The notes under the pieces are model-generated. The model was not told where the DNA came from and did not search any database. It worked only from the letters and a program-made list of their open reading frames with translations. The translations under genes were made by a program, and so were the position numbers. Below are positions 1 to 9,942 of a stretch of DNA of 64,000 nt, piece after piece. The first letter of the stretch is position 1. Every line of letters starts with the position of its first letter. The stretch is from IMG/VR virus record IMGVR_UViG_3300021057_000274, positions 248,001 through 312,000 of that record; one strand, given 5' to 3'.

Positions 1-15
1 GGGAGGCAGAACATC

Positions 16-312
16 GTGGTGACGCGTAACGCGAGCTACGAGGCTCCTGGAGCACAGATCGCTTCATCTCTAGATGAAGCGATCAAGCTCTGTAAGGCCG
101 TTGAAGCTCCGATCGCTTGGGTGATCGGTGGACAGCAGCTCTTCAAGGAAGCTCTCGACGTCGCGTCACTGATGAAGATCACCGTGATTCACCAAGACTT
201 TGAGGGTGACGCGTGGTTTCCGGAGTTCAAGCCTTGGATCTGGGAGGAGACGATGCGTGAGTCTTACGGCGGCCCGCTTCAGTTCGACTTCGTGACGTAC
301 GAGCTGCGTTAG
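16..312 (+). CDS. folA: Dihydrofolate reductase, C-terminal part (true start probably upstream of the window)
   Basis: WVIGGQQLFKEAL, ITVIHQDFEGDAWFPEF match the C-terminal half of DHFR. Confidence 0.85.
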   Translation: MVTRNASYEAPGAQIASSLDEAIKLCKAVEAPIAWVIGGQQLFKEALDVASLMKITVIHQDFEGDAWFPEFKPWIWEETMRESYGGPLQFDFVTYELR

Positions 313-635
313 ATCCCGCGGTCAGCTTCTTTCTTGCAGTGGTCAGGCTCAAGGATCACGTTGAGAATCGAGCAAATCACCTTGCAGAAGAGACAATCGC
401 TGCGCCCGCACTCCCACGAGATGGTCTTGTTACCGTTCCAACCGAAGAGAGCGGCGCCGGTGCGATCTAGGGTCTTGGCGATGTTGCTCGCGTAGGTGAA
501 GAGAACATCGGCAGCTGGATTTCCGAGCAAGTAGAGCAACAATCCGAACGCGACGGCTAGCAACGCGATCGGGCCAGAGATCAACGCTAGCACCGAAAAG
601 ATCAGCATCAACGCGATGACCGTCACGTACTTCAC
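309..635 (-). CDS. Small membrane protein with Cys/His motif, paralog of 52029..52391
   Basis: Two N-terminal hydrophobic helices, then D-R-x-G...TISWECG...CxFCxxxC...DHC. Confidence 0.6.
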   Translation of the reverse strand: MKYVTVIALMLIFSVLALISGPIALLAVAFGLLLYLLGNPAADVLFTYASNIAKTLDRTGAALFGWNGNKTISWECGRSDCLFCKVICSILNVILEPDHCKKEADRGI

Positions 636-958
636 GTGTGCACCGGGCCCTTCATGCAGTGCATGAGCTCATGACCGAGCGTCTCGACGCGACGGTGGTC
701 ATCGAAGCCCTTCGGCTCGAGGATGTAGATTCGGCAGACGTTTGAGGCTGGAGTTTGGAGCGCGCCGCCCTTGGAGCAACCGCGAAGCCCTTGCGCCTGG
801 TGGAGAACGTCGGTCGGACAGTGCTTGCGCAGCTCCTCTTCTGTCTTCACCATCGTCGTGATGACGTACATGCCGCCGCTCTCGCCCTGGGGCGGAGCCT
901 GATCACAGCTCATGAGGAGAGCCAGGGTCGGAAGGAGGAGAAGCTTTCTCATAGCCAA
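632..958 (-). CDS. Putative lipoprotein with HExxH zinc-peptidase motif
   Basis: Signal peptide with LLMSC lipobox; TLGHELMHC near C-terminus. Confidence 0.55.
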   Translation of the reverse strand: MAMRKLLLLPTLALLMSCDQAPPQGESGGMYVITTMVKTEEELRKHCPTDVLHQAQGLRGCSKGGALQTPASNVCRIYILEPKGFDDHRRVETLGHELMHCMKGPVHT

Positions 959-2193
959 CCGTACGTCTCGTAGTTGCCCTCGATGCGCTCGGGGACGATT
1001 GCTCCGCCCTTCATGGTAAGGTGGACCACGAGAGCGGTCGGCGGAAAATCGGTAGTCATCTTGGCATGGAGAAACTTGCCCTTCTCGCCCCCGGTGAGAC
1101 CCTTCTTCGTAGCTTCGGCCTCATACTCGTCATACTTGAGAGAAGCCTTCTTTCGCAGCTCCTTATAAGCTGCGGAGGCGCGATCGGCGTTGTACTCGAT
1201 CTTCGGCACTTCCCACGTGCGGTCGTTCTTGCCAGCGACCTTCTTCTTGAGCTCGTCGACGAAGATGCGAGCGTTGCCGATGTTGTAGACCATCTCGCCT
1301 AGACGAATCTTGTCGAGATAACCTTCTGACATGATCAGCTTGAGGAGCTCCTCGGGGCTATCCCCGCCAGGAGCCTTCGAGGACTTGAACTTGTCGAGGC
1401 GGGTCTTGATGTCTTGCGAAAGCTTGTCAGACCACGCTCTCTGGAGAGATTCAAAGTCTTGATACTTGCCTCCACCGACGCTGATCCTGTTACCCTTGAG
1501 GTTAGAGGTCTTCTTGTTCGACATGTCGGCGCCCTTGCGCCCCTCAGCGCGCTCGTCACGCTTTTGAGCGCGCTTTTTGTCAGCCATGACCGTCATGGAG
1601 CGAACATCTGCGTTCTCCTTGCGGGCAACCGTCAAGATCGCCTTGAAGAGCTTGCGGATCATCGCGACCGCGGTGATCGAGCTGACACCGTCTAGGAGGC
1701 GCTTCATCGTGAAGCCCTGATCCTCGTAGTCACGTCCGAGCTGGCCCGTGAGCTCACGGTACTCTTCCTCGGTAAAGACTCCCTTACCCTTCTCGCCCTT
1801 CTTGAAGAGCTCCGGCTCGGCGATCAGAGAGTAGACCTCAGCGTCACGTTGCTTACCGAACCCCCTGCGACCCTCCTTGATGACGGCGAGCACCTGGTCC
1901 TTGTTGTACTTGACAACGAGAGCGACCGCGCTCGGATTTTCCGTCAGGTTACGAAGCATCTCGTTAGGGTTGCCCTCAACGTTGATGACGACCTCTGAGT
2001 CTTGACCTAGCTCGTCACGAACGGAGGCGACTCGCTTTTCGCTCGAGTACGGAGTCCGCTTGCGGAGCATGCGGAGAAACGTTTTGTTCAGGACGTTGAG
2101 CTTGCCGAGCCCCTCGTAGAGCTCATAGTCGAGATCCTCTAGGGCGTCAAGGTTGCCGTTGATTTGGAGAAGCTCTACGAGAAGTTGGGTCAT
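949..2193 (-). CDS. Basic late protein, putative capsid-packaged cargo
   Basis: Long ORF; probable start ATG 2193 with RBS GAGGA; late promoter TAAATA on minus strand at 2220-2225; leader-like MTQLLVELL. Confidence 0.6.
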   Translation of the reverse strand: MTQLLVELLQINGNLDALEDLDYELYEGLGKLNVLNKTFLRMLRKRTPYSSEKRVASVRDELGQDSEVVINVEGNPNEMLRNLTENPSAVALVVKYNKDQVLAVIKEGRRGFGKQRDAEVYSLIAEPELFKKGEKGKGVFTEEEYRELTGQLGRDYEDQGFTMKRLLDGVSSITAVAMIRKLFKAILTVARKENADVRSMTVMADKKRAQKRDERAEGRKGADMSNKKTSNLKGNRISVGGGKYQDFESLQRAWSDKLSQDIKTRLDKFKSSKAPGGDSPEELLKLIMSEGYLDKIRLGEMVYNIGNARIFVDELKKKVAGKNDRTWEVPKIEYNADRASAAYKELRKKASLKYDEYEAEATKKGLTGGEKGKFLHAKMTTDFPPTALVVHLTMKGGAIVPERIEGNYETYGWL

Positions 2194-2219
2194 GAAAATC
2201 CTCTGCTTGTGGATGACCA

Positions 2220-2265
2220 TATTTATGTTTCACTTCAACAAGCTATTGCTAAAGACCGCTAAATA
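2220..2265. promoter_or_regulatory. Divergent pair of T4-type late promoters (TAAATA core)
   Basis: TATTTA at 2220-2225 (minus) and TAAATA at 2260-2265 (plus) between divergent late genes; resembles T4 gp55 consensus TATAAATA. Confidence 0.7.
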
Positions 2266-2285
2266 ATCTACCAGAGGAACTACAT

Positions 2286-3788
2286 GTGACATCTAGCGCC
2301 GACCTGATCAACGCACTACAGACCGAGGGAGCCCAGGTCTCGTTGAGCTTCACGAGATTGACGCCGACCACCGGAAAGCTGACCTGGACGCTTCCAGAGA
2401 CGCTGAAAGCTTATGACGGAATCTTGATCGTCAGCCACGTCGCTGAGATCAACCCCTCAAACTATCCGACCAACGGAGTCAAGTACACCGCGTCAGCCAA
2501 CTTGCTGACGCCAGCCGACTCGATCGGAAACGCACGCGTGGTCGCCGCGATCTACGGTGACAAGTCAACGAGCTCGGTCGACTTGACGGGGCTAGACTCC
2601 GGATCGGTCTATTACTTCGCTGGCTTCGCGGTCTCCAACGTTCGGTCATATCACCTCCCGGGGATCCGGTCTTACGGAGAGTCGCTCTCGGACGAGATCT
2701 ACGCAGGTGACATGCACAAGAGCTACGGCCCGCCTGCTAACCCGGTGGTCGGCGCGGTCTACTTTGATCGCGATCAGAAGCTCGTCTTCGTTTGGGACGG
2801 CTCAGCCTGGTTGCCGACCTCCGCCCACACCGTGATCACCGGGCAGTTTGACCCGGTGAGTCCGTTCACGGGGCTCCCTGAGGACTACCCGGCGCTGGGG
2901 GATTTTTACTTCAACACTACCCAGCAGATGCTCAAGGTTTGGAACGGCTCGGCGTGGCTTTCTGCTGAGTCGACCCAGGGCTCACCGAACTATGAGAAGC
3001 AAGGGGTAGGGACGACTGGCCGCGGATCAGCTCGAGTCAACATGATCGACATCCTCAAGCACCAGCTGGGTTACCCGAAGGTCTGCGTCGAGCTCACCGA
3101 CAGGCACTTCCAGATCGCGATCGACAACGCCCTCCAAGAGATTCGTCGGCGAACCGACTCGGCGTACAACAAGCAGTACTTCTTCATGAAGATGCACAAG
3201 AACCAGGGCATCTATTACTTGAACGACCCCTCGATCGGTACTGACAAGATCGTTGACGTTCTCAGGATTCACCGGCTCAACATGCTAGGCCTGGTCAACT
3301 TCGCGCCAGACAACATCTACGCGCAGCAGTTTCTCAACCAGTTCTTCGCGCCTGGCGTGCAATATGACCTCGTGTCGATTCACCTGATTCACTCGATGTC
3401 GGAGCTGTTCGGCCAGCTCTTCGCGGGTGAGGTCGCGTACAACTGGCGAGAAGCCTCCCGGCAGCTGTTCGTCCATCGCAACTTCGCGACCGACGAGAAG
3501 GTGATCGTTGAGACCTCCTGCGAGAAGCTCGAGGAGGAGATCCTGGTGGATCGCTGGATGCAGCAGTGGGTGCAGCAGTGGGCCGAGGCCGAGCTCATGA
3601 TGATGCTCTCTCACATCCGAGGCAAGTACGCGACGTTGCCAGGACCGGGAGGTGGCTTGTCGCTGAACGCGGCGGATCTTCGCTCCGAGGGACAGCGTTT
3701 GCAAGAGGATTGCGTGCAGCAGATCGCTGACATGCTAGTGGGTCAGCAGGGCCCTGACGGTTGGTACATTCCCATGGCGATCGGATAA
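2286..3788 (+). CDS. gp13: Neck protein gp13 homolog with N-terminal beta-sandwich and fibre-like repeats
   Basis: C-terminal LGYPKVCVELTDRHFQIAIDNAL and WVQQWAEAELMMMLSHIRGKYATLPGPGGGLSLN are typical of gp13. Confidence 0.8.
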   Translation: MTSSADLINALQTEGAQVSLSFTRLTPTTGKLTWTLPETLKAYDGILIVSHVAEINPSNYPTNGVKYTASANLLTPADSIGNARVVAAIYGDKSTSSVDLTGLDSGSVYYFAGFAVSNVRSYHLPGIRSYGESLSDEIYAGDMHKSYGPPANPVVGAVYFDRDQKLVFVWDGSAWLPTSAHTVITGQFDPVSPFTGLPEDYPALGDFYFNTTQQMLKVWNGSAWLSAESTQGSPNYEKQGVGTTGRGSARVNMIDILKHQLGYPKVCVELTDRHFQIAIDNALQEIRRRTDSAYNKQYFFMKMHKNQGIYYLNDPSIGTDKIVDVLRIHRLNMLGLVNFAPDNIYAQQFLNQFFAPGVQYDLVSIHLIHSMSELFGQLFAGEVAYNWREASRQLFVHRNFATDEKVIVETSCEKLEEEILVDRWMQQWVQQWAEAELMMMLSHIRGKYATLPGPGGGLSLNAADLRSEGQRLQEDCVQQIADMLVGQQGPDGWYIPMAIG

Positions 3789-3789
3789 C

Positions 3790-4416
3790 ATGAAGCTACA
3801 AGACATCCTAGAAGCGGCAGATGGCCGCATGCGTTTTAAGTATCGTGGCTTCGAGGTCTCGTTCTCCGAGGACGAGGATAACTTTTGGTGGATCAACTAC
3901 GAGCCGAACCTCCCATCGGAGTTTGACAAAAACAAGGTCTCCCACTGGCAAGACGGTGAGGAGAAGGCCAAGAAGGCGATCGACGCGTTTCTCGACTCGG
4001 GCGGTGACATCTCCAAGCTCAAGAAGACGAAGGTCGTCAAGCTGGGAGAGGGAGAGGACAAGTCAAGACACGAGCTCGAGTTGACCGCTGAAGAAGTGAA
4101 GCGCACGGTTCAGGGAGTCGCCAAGCTAACGATCAACGCGTGCCGGGAGGCTGTCGTCAATGACTACGAGGACGGTGATGAGTACTTCGAGACGGTGCCG
4201 TCGATCAAGCTCTCGTACGACTTTCACTACAAGAAGGGCGGCAAGGAGTATCACGAGGGTGAGATGACGGTCCACGTCTTCAGGCACCCGACCACTGGCT
4301 GGTACATCATCCGCGACGTCTACAGCGGCACGAGAGACATCGAGGTGGAGACCAAGGCCGAAGCTCTCCGAGAGCTCAAGAAGTACGTGTCGTCCTCTAA
4401 GCCGCGAGACCTCTGA
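3790..4416 (+). CDS. Hypothetical, putative capsid-packaged protein
   Basis: N-terminus MKLQDILEA; lies in late operon. Confidence 0.6.
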   Translation: MKLQDILEAADGRMRFKYRGFEVSFSEDEDNFWWINYEPNLPSEFDKNKVSHWQDGEEKAKKAIDAFLDSGGDISKLKKTKVVKLGEGEDKSRHELELTAEEVKRTVQGVAKLTINACREAVVNDYEDGDEYFETVPSIKLSYDFHYKKGGKEYHEGEMTVHVFRHPTTGWYIIRDVYSGTRDIEVETKAEALRELKKYVSSSKPRDL

Positions 4417-5357
4417 TGAAGCTAGACGAGCTATTGCTTGAGGGTGCTGGAGACCAGCCCAAGCTAAACTGGGGGAAGCTCCTTGATCTCATCAAGGACT
4501 GGGTGATCGATTGGATCAAGAAGCACAACGCGAACATTCCGATCACTCTCGGGCCAGACGGTCGGAAGCTCAAGCTCCATGACCTTCTCAAGGACACCGA
4601 TGAAGTTCACCCGTCATTTAGCGATCACGACGTCAATCGCGCTTGGGAGCGAGTCAGTGAGCATGGCCCCGGCCCCTTCTACGACGCGATCGAAAATTGC
4701 GTCGGAGAGCTGGGAGGAAATGTATATGACCACTACGTGAACCTCACGGCTGACGCTGCACGGCGGCTAAGGGTGCCGTATGACGAGATCAGCGAGCACA
4801 CAGTTAAGATCAAGTATCCGAAGCACTACGACATTAAAGAGACAGAGATCAAGCAGATGATCTGGAAGCTCTCGCCAGACATCCACCACTTCTTGAGAAG
4901 GATGGAGGAGGAGATCAAAGTCGAGACCAAGAAGAAGGCGAAGGAGTACGATGCTAAGCTTAAGACCGAGGCCGACGGCGTTTCGGCGGAGGAGCACAAG
5001 CGCTTCGTCGACTTCATCAGAAATAACTTCGACAATGAGATGACAGATTTCATCAAGTGGGTCAATGTGCAGAGGGAAAAGGGCAGGCTCGGTGATCCCA
5101 AGTGGATTAGGTTCTTGGCATGGATGCCGAAGTCCGCGATCGAAAAGCTCTCGAAGCCCGCTGACTTTGCTCCATATTTCAAGAAGGTAGCGGCCAAGAA
5201 GTTGAAGGACGAGCTCCGCAACGCGTTCGTTGAGTCTGCACGCTTTCAAAAGGATGAAAAGCTTCTCGAGTTTATGCTAAACAGGCACCTCTGGAACGCG
5301 GCGTGGCCTGAGATCGAGAGCTTCCTCAAGGGATGGATCGAGAAGAACGGTGGCTGA
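4416..5357 (+). CDS. Hypothetical, putative capsid-packaged protein
   Basis: N-terminus MKLDELLLEG; TGATG coupling to upstream gene. Confidence 0.6.
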   Translation: MKLDELLLEGAGDQPKLNWGKLLDLIKDWVIDWIKKHNANIPITLGPDGRKLKLHDLLKDTDEVHPSFSDHDVNRAWERVSEHGPGPFYDAIENCVGELGGNVYDHYVNLTADAARRLRVPYDEISEHTVKIKYPKHYDIKETEIKQMIWKLSPDIHHFLRRMEEEIKVETKKKAKEYDAKLKTEADGVSAEEHKRFVDFIRNNFDNEMTDFIKWVNVQREKGRLGDPKWIRFLAWMPKSAIEKLSKPADFAPYFKKVAAKKLKDELRNAFVESARFQKDEKLLEFMLNRHLWNAAWPEIESFLKGWIEKNGG

Positions 5358-6921
5358 GAACCCGAAGCTTACCTTCGCCCACGACGGCGCCAGGGGCGGG
5401 AAGTACGTCGTTCCGAAGCAACAGCTCGGAACTCTCGATTACTCGACCTCTGACTGCGCGACCGAGGAGGCGAAGTACCTCGCGGAGCTGATGGCCGAAT
5501 CGCTCAACATTGCGGCTGGACCGGTCAACATCTTTCCGCTCCTCGGCCTCTACAGCCAAGGCTCGACGATCGACCAGGCGGTCAACGGTTTTCCGATCTC
5601 GTCAGGCACTCCGTCAGGGTATGACGCCGCAGCTGCCTTCAACGTCAACGACGACTCGTGGCGGTCGGTTCAGCAAGGCGCCGCGGTCCTGACCGCGCCG
5701 GCCTACATCGGCTACAACTTCGGCACCAAGAAGGTCTGGGACGGCTCTCAGGAGCGCTACGTTCCAGCCGAGCCTGTTCGCAAGAAGATCGGCACGCTCA
5801 AGATTCGCCAGGGCGTCGACTCGCGTAACCGAGCGACCCAGGTGCGCGTCGAGGCGTCGGATAACGGCACGACCTGGCATCGTGTCGACGTCGTCACGCT
5901 CCCCGACTCATCGGCGCTTGAGACCGTTGGCATCCAGGCCGTCGCCGAGTACGCCCAGTGGCGATTCATCCCGACGTTCTTCAACGGCGTCGCCAGCAAC
6001 TTCCAGTGGGAGGTGGTCGAGATGCACCTGCTCGAGGAGACCCAGGTGACGCTCAACGCGATCGAGGACTACATCTTCCTCGAGAACCGCGATCGCTCGT
6101 ACGCCCAGTCATCGACGATGATCAAGTGCTCGTACGACCTGCTTGACGTGCAATCCGAGCTGGCGAAGTTCGGCATCAACCTGCCTCAGACCTACATCTT
6201 CACTTGTGCGTTCTCGACCATGGTCGGCGCGCTCGGCCGGCCGGTCGTCGTCGGTGACATCGTCGAGCTTCCGGGAGAGGTGCAGTACGACGCGAACCTT
6301 CGTCCCGTGCGGAAGTGGCTCGAGGTGACCGACGCAGGCTGGAGCACCGAGGGCTATACCCCTGACTGGAAGCCTCAGCTTTACAGGTTCTACGCGCAGC
6401 CGGTCAACCCGTCAGCCGAGCACCAGGACATCCTCGGCTTGCCGGGCGTCACCAACTCTAACCAGTCTGACGACAGCATCCTCAAGGACGGCTTCCTCTC
6501 TGACGACCTCGGCGTCAAGGTTAGCCAGGCCGTTAGCCAGGCGTCAAAGGAGGCCTCGCCGCAGCTCGGTCAAGACTCCTCAGGGATCGCCAGCGGAAAG
6601 CCCTTGGTCGGCAAGCCAGGTGAGTATGACGGGAATGACCTCTACGCCGAGGACGCGATTCCGCCTGACAACGCGACCTACACGATCGGCGACACCTTGC
6701 CGCTCCCGAGCACGATCTCCGACGGGCACTATCACCGCCAGACCTACGCTCTGGTGCCGCAGCAGATTCGTCCGCCTGACCGACTGCTCCAGTGGAACGC
6801 GACGACTGCTCGCTGGATCGTGAGAGAGACCAACATCAGGTCCGAGCCGACCTCGCACAAGAGGACGATCGCGAAGATGATCGCGTCTGACTCTAAGCAC
6901 TTACCTGACCAGAAGCTGTGA
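5350..6921 (+). CDS. gp14: Neck/head-closure protein gp14 homolog with N-terminal discoidin (F5/8 type C)-like domain
   Basis: IEDYIFLENRDRSY...ELAKFGI...LGRPVVVGDIVELP is gp14-like; YIGYNFG...RVEASDNGTTW...QWRF...WEVVEM is discoidin-like. Confidence 0.7.
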   Translation: MAENPKLTFAHDGARGGKYVVPKQQLGTLDYSTSDCATEEAKYLAELMAESLNIAAGPVNIFPLLGLYSQGSTIDQAVNGFPISSGTPSGYDAAAAFNVNDDSWRSVQQGAAVLTAPAYIGYNFGTKKVWDGSQERYVPAEPVRKKIGTLKIRQGVDSRNRATQVRVEASDNGTTWHRVDVVTLPDSSALETVGIQAVAEYAQWRFIPTFFNGVASNFQWEVVEMHLLEETQVTLNAIEDYIFLENRDRSYAQSSTMIKCSYDLLDVQSELAKFGINLPQTYIFTCAFSTMVGALGRPVVVGDIVELPGEVQYDANLRPVRKWLEVTDAGWSTEGYTPDWKPQLYRFYAQPVNPSAEHQDILGLPGVTNSNQSDDSILKDGFLSDDLGVKVSQAVSQASKEASPQLGQDSSGIASGKPLVGKPGEYDGNDLYAEDAIPPDNATYTIGDTLPLPSTISDGHYHRQTYALVPQQIRPPDRLLQWNATTARWIVRETNIRSEPTSHKRTIAKMIASDSKHLPDQKL

Positions 6922-8183
6922 AGTTAGCCGATCTCCTCCTCGAAAAGAGCAGCTACGTGATCGATAAAAAAGATCTCGTTTTCCTGAGCCACGCTCTCGA
7001 CAAGTACGAGAAGGGAGCGTCTGACGAGTGCTTCTTGAACGCGCTAGTGCAAGCGATCAAAATCGCGACCGACGGACAGGTCAAGCTCTTGATGAGTGAC
7101 CTCGAAGAGATTCTCGCCAATGATCACGGAATAGTTCCGACCTTGCATTACGTAGATGTCAAGAAGAAGCTAAAGAAGAACGTCGTCACGACTCATGACA
7201 TGAACAAGGTTCACCTTGATCTTAAGCTTAAAACTGTCAAGCACCCCTCGGAGGTCATTCCCTTTCTGAAGCAGGGAATTCCGGTGATCATCTCGATCAA
7301 CATTAATGATGCATTTTGGGACAGCTACGGCGCGGTAGTGGGTTGGAGAACTGAATTAATGATCAGGTCAACGCTCTCTAAGTACGGGGACACGCTGCCG
7401 AAGTCATACTACAAGAAGCTCAAGGCTGGCATCATCCCTTACCCGACCGTCGAGATGATGGATAGAGTTACCAAGGCTGGAACAGACATCTTTCACGCGA
7501 TCTTATGCGTCGGGTATGACGCAAAGGACAAAGCGTTCATCTGTCGTGACAATCTCACGAAGGAACATAGGGTCAAGTTCAGCGGGCTCTTTAAGGTCGA
7601 GGAGCAGTTCTTCTGGGACACCGAGCTCAAGAAGCGAAACCTGGCGGTAGTGCGTCACGGGCTGGCGGTCGACGTCGTGGTCAGCCACGCGGAGGGCCCG
7701 TCTGATCGCGTCAAGGAGCGGCTTGAAAATGTTCGCGCGAAATACGATGACGTGTTTCCGCCGTTCTTCATCGAGCTCACTAGACACATGGTGAAACTCT
7801 ATAGGGATGAGGTGAGAGAGAAGCTCGTTAAGGCTGACTGGTCGAACATCAAGGATGAGATTCACAATTATCTGAATGATAACTCCGCTGGAGAGGCCAG
7901 ATACCAGCTCGCCTCAAAGGTCACGAAGCACTTCAACGTCGAAGGCTTTGAAATGGAGGTTCGGAAAAATATCGACCGTCACCTTTACGCGATGCGCGAT
8001 GCTATCGAATTTGCGCGTAAAGAACGGAGCTTTTTCAATCGAATCTTAACAGATATTGACGCGTACTTGGACAAGCTTGACGTTAACGCTCTAGTTCAAC
8101 ACGTACTGGATCGGCCTAAGCCAGAGACTAAGCCAGAATCCAAGCCTAGCAGCGAACCGCAGATCTTTGACAGCTCAACTTAA
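6918..8183 (+). CDS. Papain-like cysteine peptidase domain protein with cargo leader
   Basis: MKLADLLLE leader; candidate catalytic Cys in DECFLNAL, His in FHAILCVGYD, followed by ICRDN. Confidence 0.55.
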   Translation: MKLADLLLEKSSYVIDKKDLVFLSHALDKYEKGASDECFLNALVQAIKIATDGQVKLLMSDLEEILANDHGIVPTLHYVDVKKKLKKNVVTTHDMNKVHLDLKLKTVKHPSEVIPFLKQGIPVIISININDAFWDSYGAVVGWRTELMIRSTLSKYGDTLPKSYYKKLKAGIIPYPTVEMMDRVTKAGTDIFHAILCVGYDAKDKAFICRDNLTKEHRVKFSGLFKVEEQFFWDTELKKRNLAVVRHGLAVDVVVSHAEGPSDRVKERLENVRAKYDDVFPPFFIELTRHMVKLYRDEVREKLVKADWSNIKDEIHNYLNDNSAGEARYQLASKVTKHFNVEGFEMEVRKNIDRHLYAMRDAIEFARKERSFFNRILTDIDAYLDKLDVNALVQHVLDRPKPETKPESKPSSEPQIFDSST

Positions 8184-8203
8184 AGGTTTACTTTTGGCAG
8201 CGG

Positions 8204-9103
8204 ATGGATAAAATCCAATCACGATTCCAGCTCTTCCTGAATGAAGGCGTGATCAAGCTCCCTCAGAAGCTGTTGAAGGACGCGACAGACCACTTCAATT
8301 ACTGGGCGCTGGCTCACGTCTTGCACCACGGGCTCAAGAAAGCTGGGAGAGATCGCGACGAGCAGCAATTTGTCCTCGCAGCGATCAAGAAGGCTGCCTT
8401 CGACGCCGGGGTCAAGATGCCGACCTCGACCGACATCGGGAAGGCAGGTCGGAACTCGACGCTCGTTCGTCGCTTCCAGCTGGGTGATCTGCCGGCGTCT
8501 TACCTCAAGAGCCTCACCCGCGTGAGCGGCGCGGAGGAGAGGGACGTCAAGCGACTCTTCGGCAGCATCGACATCAAGTTTAAGATCTTCTTCGTCCCCC
8601 ACTCTAAGACGAGAATCGGTCCGTACTGGTCGGCTGACGACCAAGAGATCGGAGTCTCGACCGTCCACGCGCACCTCTCCTCCAAGGACTTTAAGAACTT
8701 CTCGGATTACTCGCCTGCGACGATCTCGAAGCGGATGCACGTAGCTCTAGGGGACATCGAGCACGAGCTCACCCACGGAATCCAAGAGCTTGTGCTTCAA
8801 TTTCTGCACAAGGAGCAGAGCGACCCTAAGGGAGACTCCGCGCTTCACGGCAAGGGCGAGACCGAGTACTACTTGCTAGCTACCGAGTTCGACCCGTGGA
8901 TCAAGACCTCGGTGCGCCGCTTTAGAACGGTGGTGCAACACCACAAGGCGGAGCGCAACCTCACCAAGCAGAAGGAGCTCTTTCAGAGCTACTCTCAAGG
9001 TGACGGTAGCGACTTCTTCGCCGTTCTCAAGAAGCACGATCCGGAGCGCTGGAAGAAGGCGGTGCGGATCGCGTGGTCTAGCTACGAGGACAAGTACCTC
9101 TAA
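8204..9103 (+). CDS. Zincin-like metallopeptidase-motif protein with cargo leader
   Basis: IEHELTHGIQ (HExxH) followed by EYYLLATEFDPW; leader FQLFLNE|G. Confidence 0.5.
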   Translation: MDKIQSRFQLFLNEGVIKLPQKLLKDATDHFNYWALAHVLHHGLKKAGRDRDEQQFVLAAIKKAAFDAGVKMPTSTDIGKAGRNSTLVRRFQLGDLPASYLKSLTRVSGAEERDVKRLFGSIDIKFKIFFVPHSKTRIGPYWSADDQEIGVSTVHAHLSSKDFKNFSDYSPATISKRMHVALGDIEHELTHGIQELVLQFLHKEQSDPKGDSALHGKGETEYYLLATEFDPWIKTSVRRFRTVVQHHKAERNLTKQKELFQSYSQGDGSDFFAVLKKHDPERWKKAVRIAWSSYEDKYL

Positions 9104-9110
9104 GCACCAC

Positions 9111-9116
9111 TAAATA
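9111..9116 (+). promoter_or_regulatory. Late promoter, 5 nt before the gp15 start codon
   Basis: TAAATA-ggttc-GTG, no Shine-Dalgarno. Confidence 0.6.
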
Positions 9117-9121
9117 GGTTC

Positions 9122-9883
9122 GTGAGTCTACGAGCCTATTACTACAACAAGCAGCTCAAGAAGTTCATCACGGCGTTCGCCAACGTCTTCACGGGCCTCG
9201 AGGTGAGGACCGGGAAGGGCAAGGACGGCAGCGTCTCAACGATCCAGGTGCCGATCGTCTACGGGTCACGTGACCGCGTCGTTCAAGCGATCGCGTCCTC
9301 ACACACCCAGAACAAGCTCTACACCTTGCCGATGATGGCGTGCTACCTGCAGGCGATCATCATCGATCCGACCAGGCTTCACGGCGTTAACCAGATGGAC
9401 CGACGCCGCTATCTCCCGCAGGGCGGTGTCATCCCTGACGACATCAAAGCGCTCGTTCGGGTGATGCCGATCCCGTACACGATGCAGATGGAGCTGTCGG
9501 TTCACGCGTCGAACACCGATCAGCTCTTCCAGATGATGGAGCAGATCCTGATTCTCTTCGACTATGACATGCAGGTCGAGTTCAATGACGCCGGGCCAGA
9601 CTGGGCTCGCATCACGAAGCTCGTGCTGACGTCGATCAACAACGAGGAGGTCTACCCGGCTGGCACTGAAAAGCGGGCTCTAGTCTGGTCTCTCACCTTC
9701 GACCTTCCCGTCTGGTTGTCGCCGCCGGCCGAGATCCGCACGAACATCATCAACGACATCAAGATCCGGTTCGGCAACATCGACGGCTTCGAGCTCAACG
9801 AGATCGACGCCGACGGAAACCCAGCTCCGTTCAACGAGATCTTCACGTCGATCGACATAGCTTCCGATGACGTGCTACCTTGA
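9122..9883 (+). CDS. gp15: Tail terminator / sheath stabiliser gp15
   Basis: YYYNKQLKKFITAFANVF, IQVPIVYG, LPMM, PIPYTMQMELSVHASNTDQLFQMMEQILILF. Confidence 0.85.
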   Translation: MSLRAYYYNKQLKKFITAFANVFTGLEVRTGKGKDGSVSTIQVPIVYGSRDRVVQAIASSHTQNKLYTLPMMACYLQAIIIDPTRLHGVNQMDRRRYLPQGGVIPDDIKALVRVMPIPYTMQMELSVHASNTDQLFQMMEQILILFDYDMQVEFNDAGPDWARITKLVLTSINNEEVYPAGTEKRALVWSLTFDLPVWLSPPAEIRTNIINDIKIRFGNIDGFELNEIDADGNPAPFNEIFTSIDIASDDVLP

Positions 9884-9903
9884 CCTGAAAATTCACTCCT
9901 AGA

Positions 9904-9909
9904 TAAATA
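9904..9909 (+). promoter_or_regulatory. Late promoter for tail tube gene
   Basis: TAAATA upstream of RBS AGGAG and ATG 9943. Confidence 0.65.
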
Positions 9910-9942
9910 CCCTCGCTACCACTTGGAGCACTAGGAGAACGA

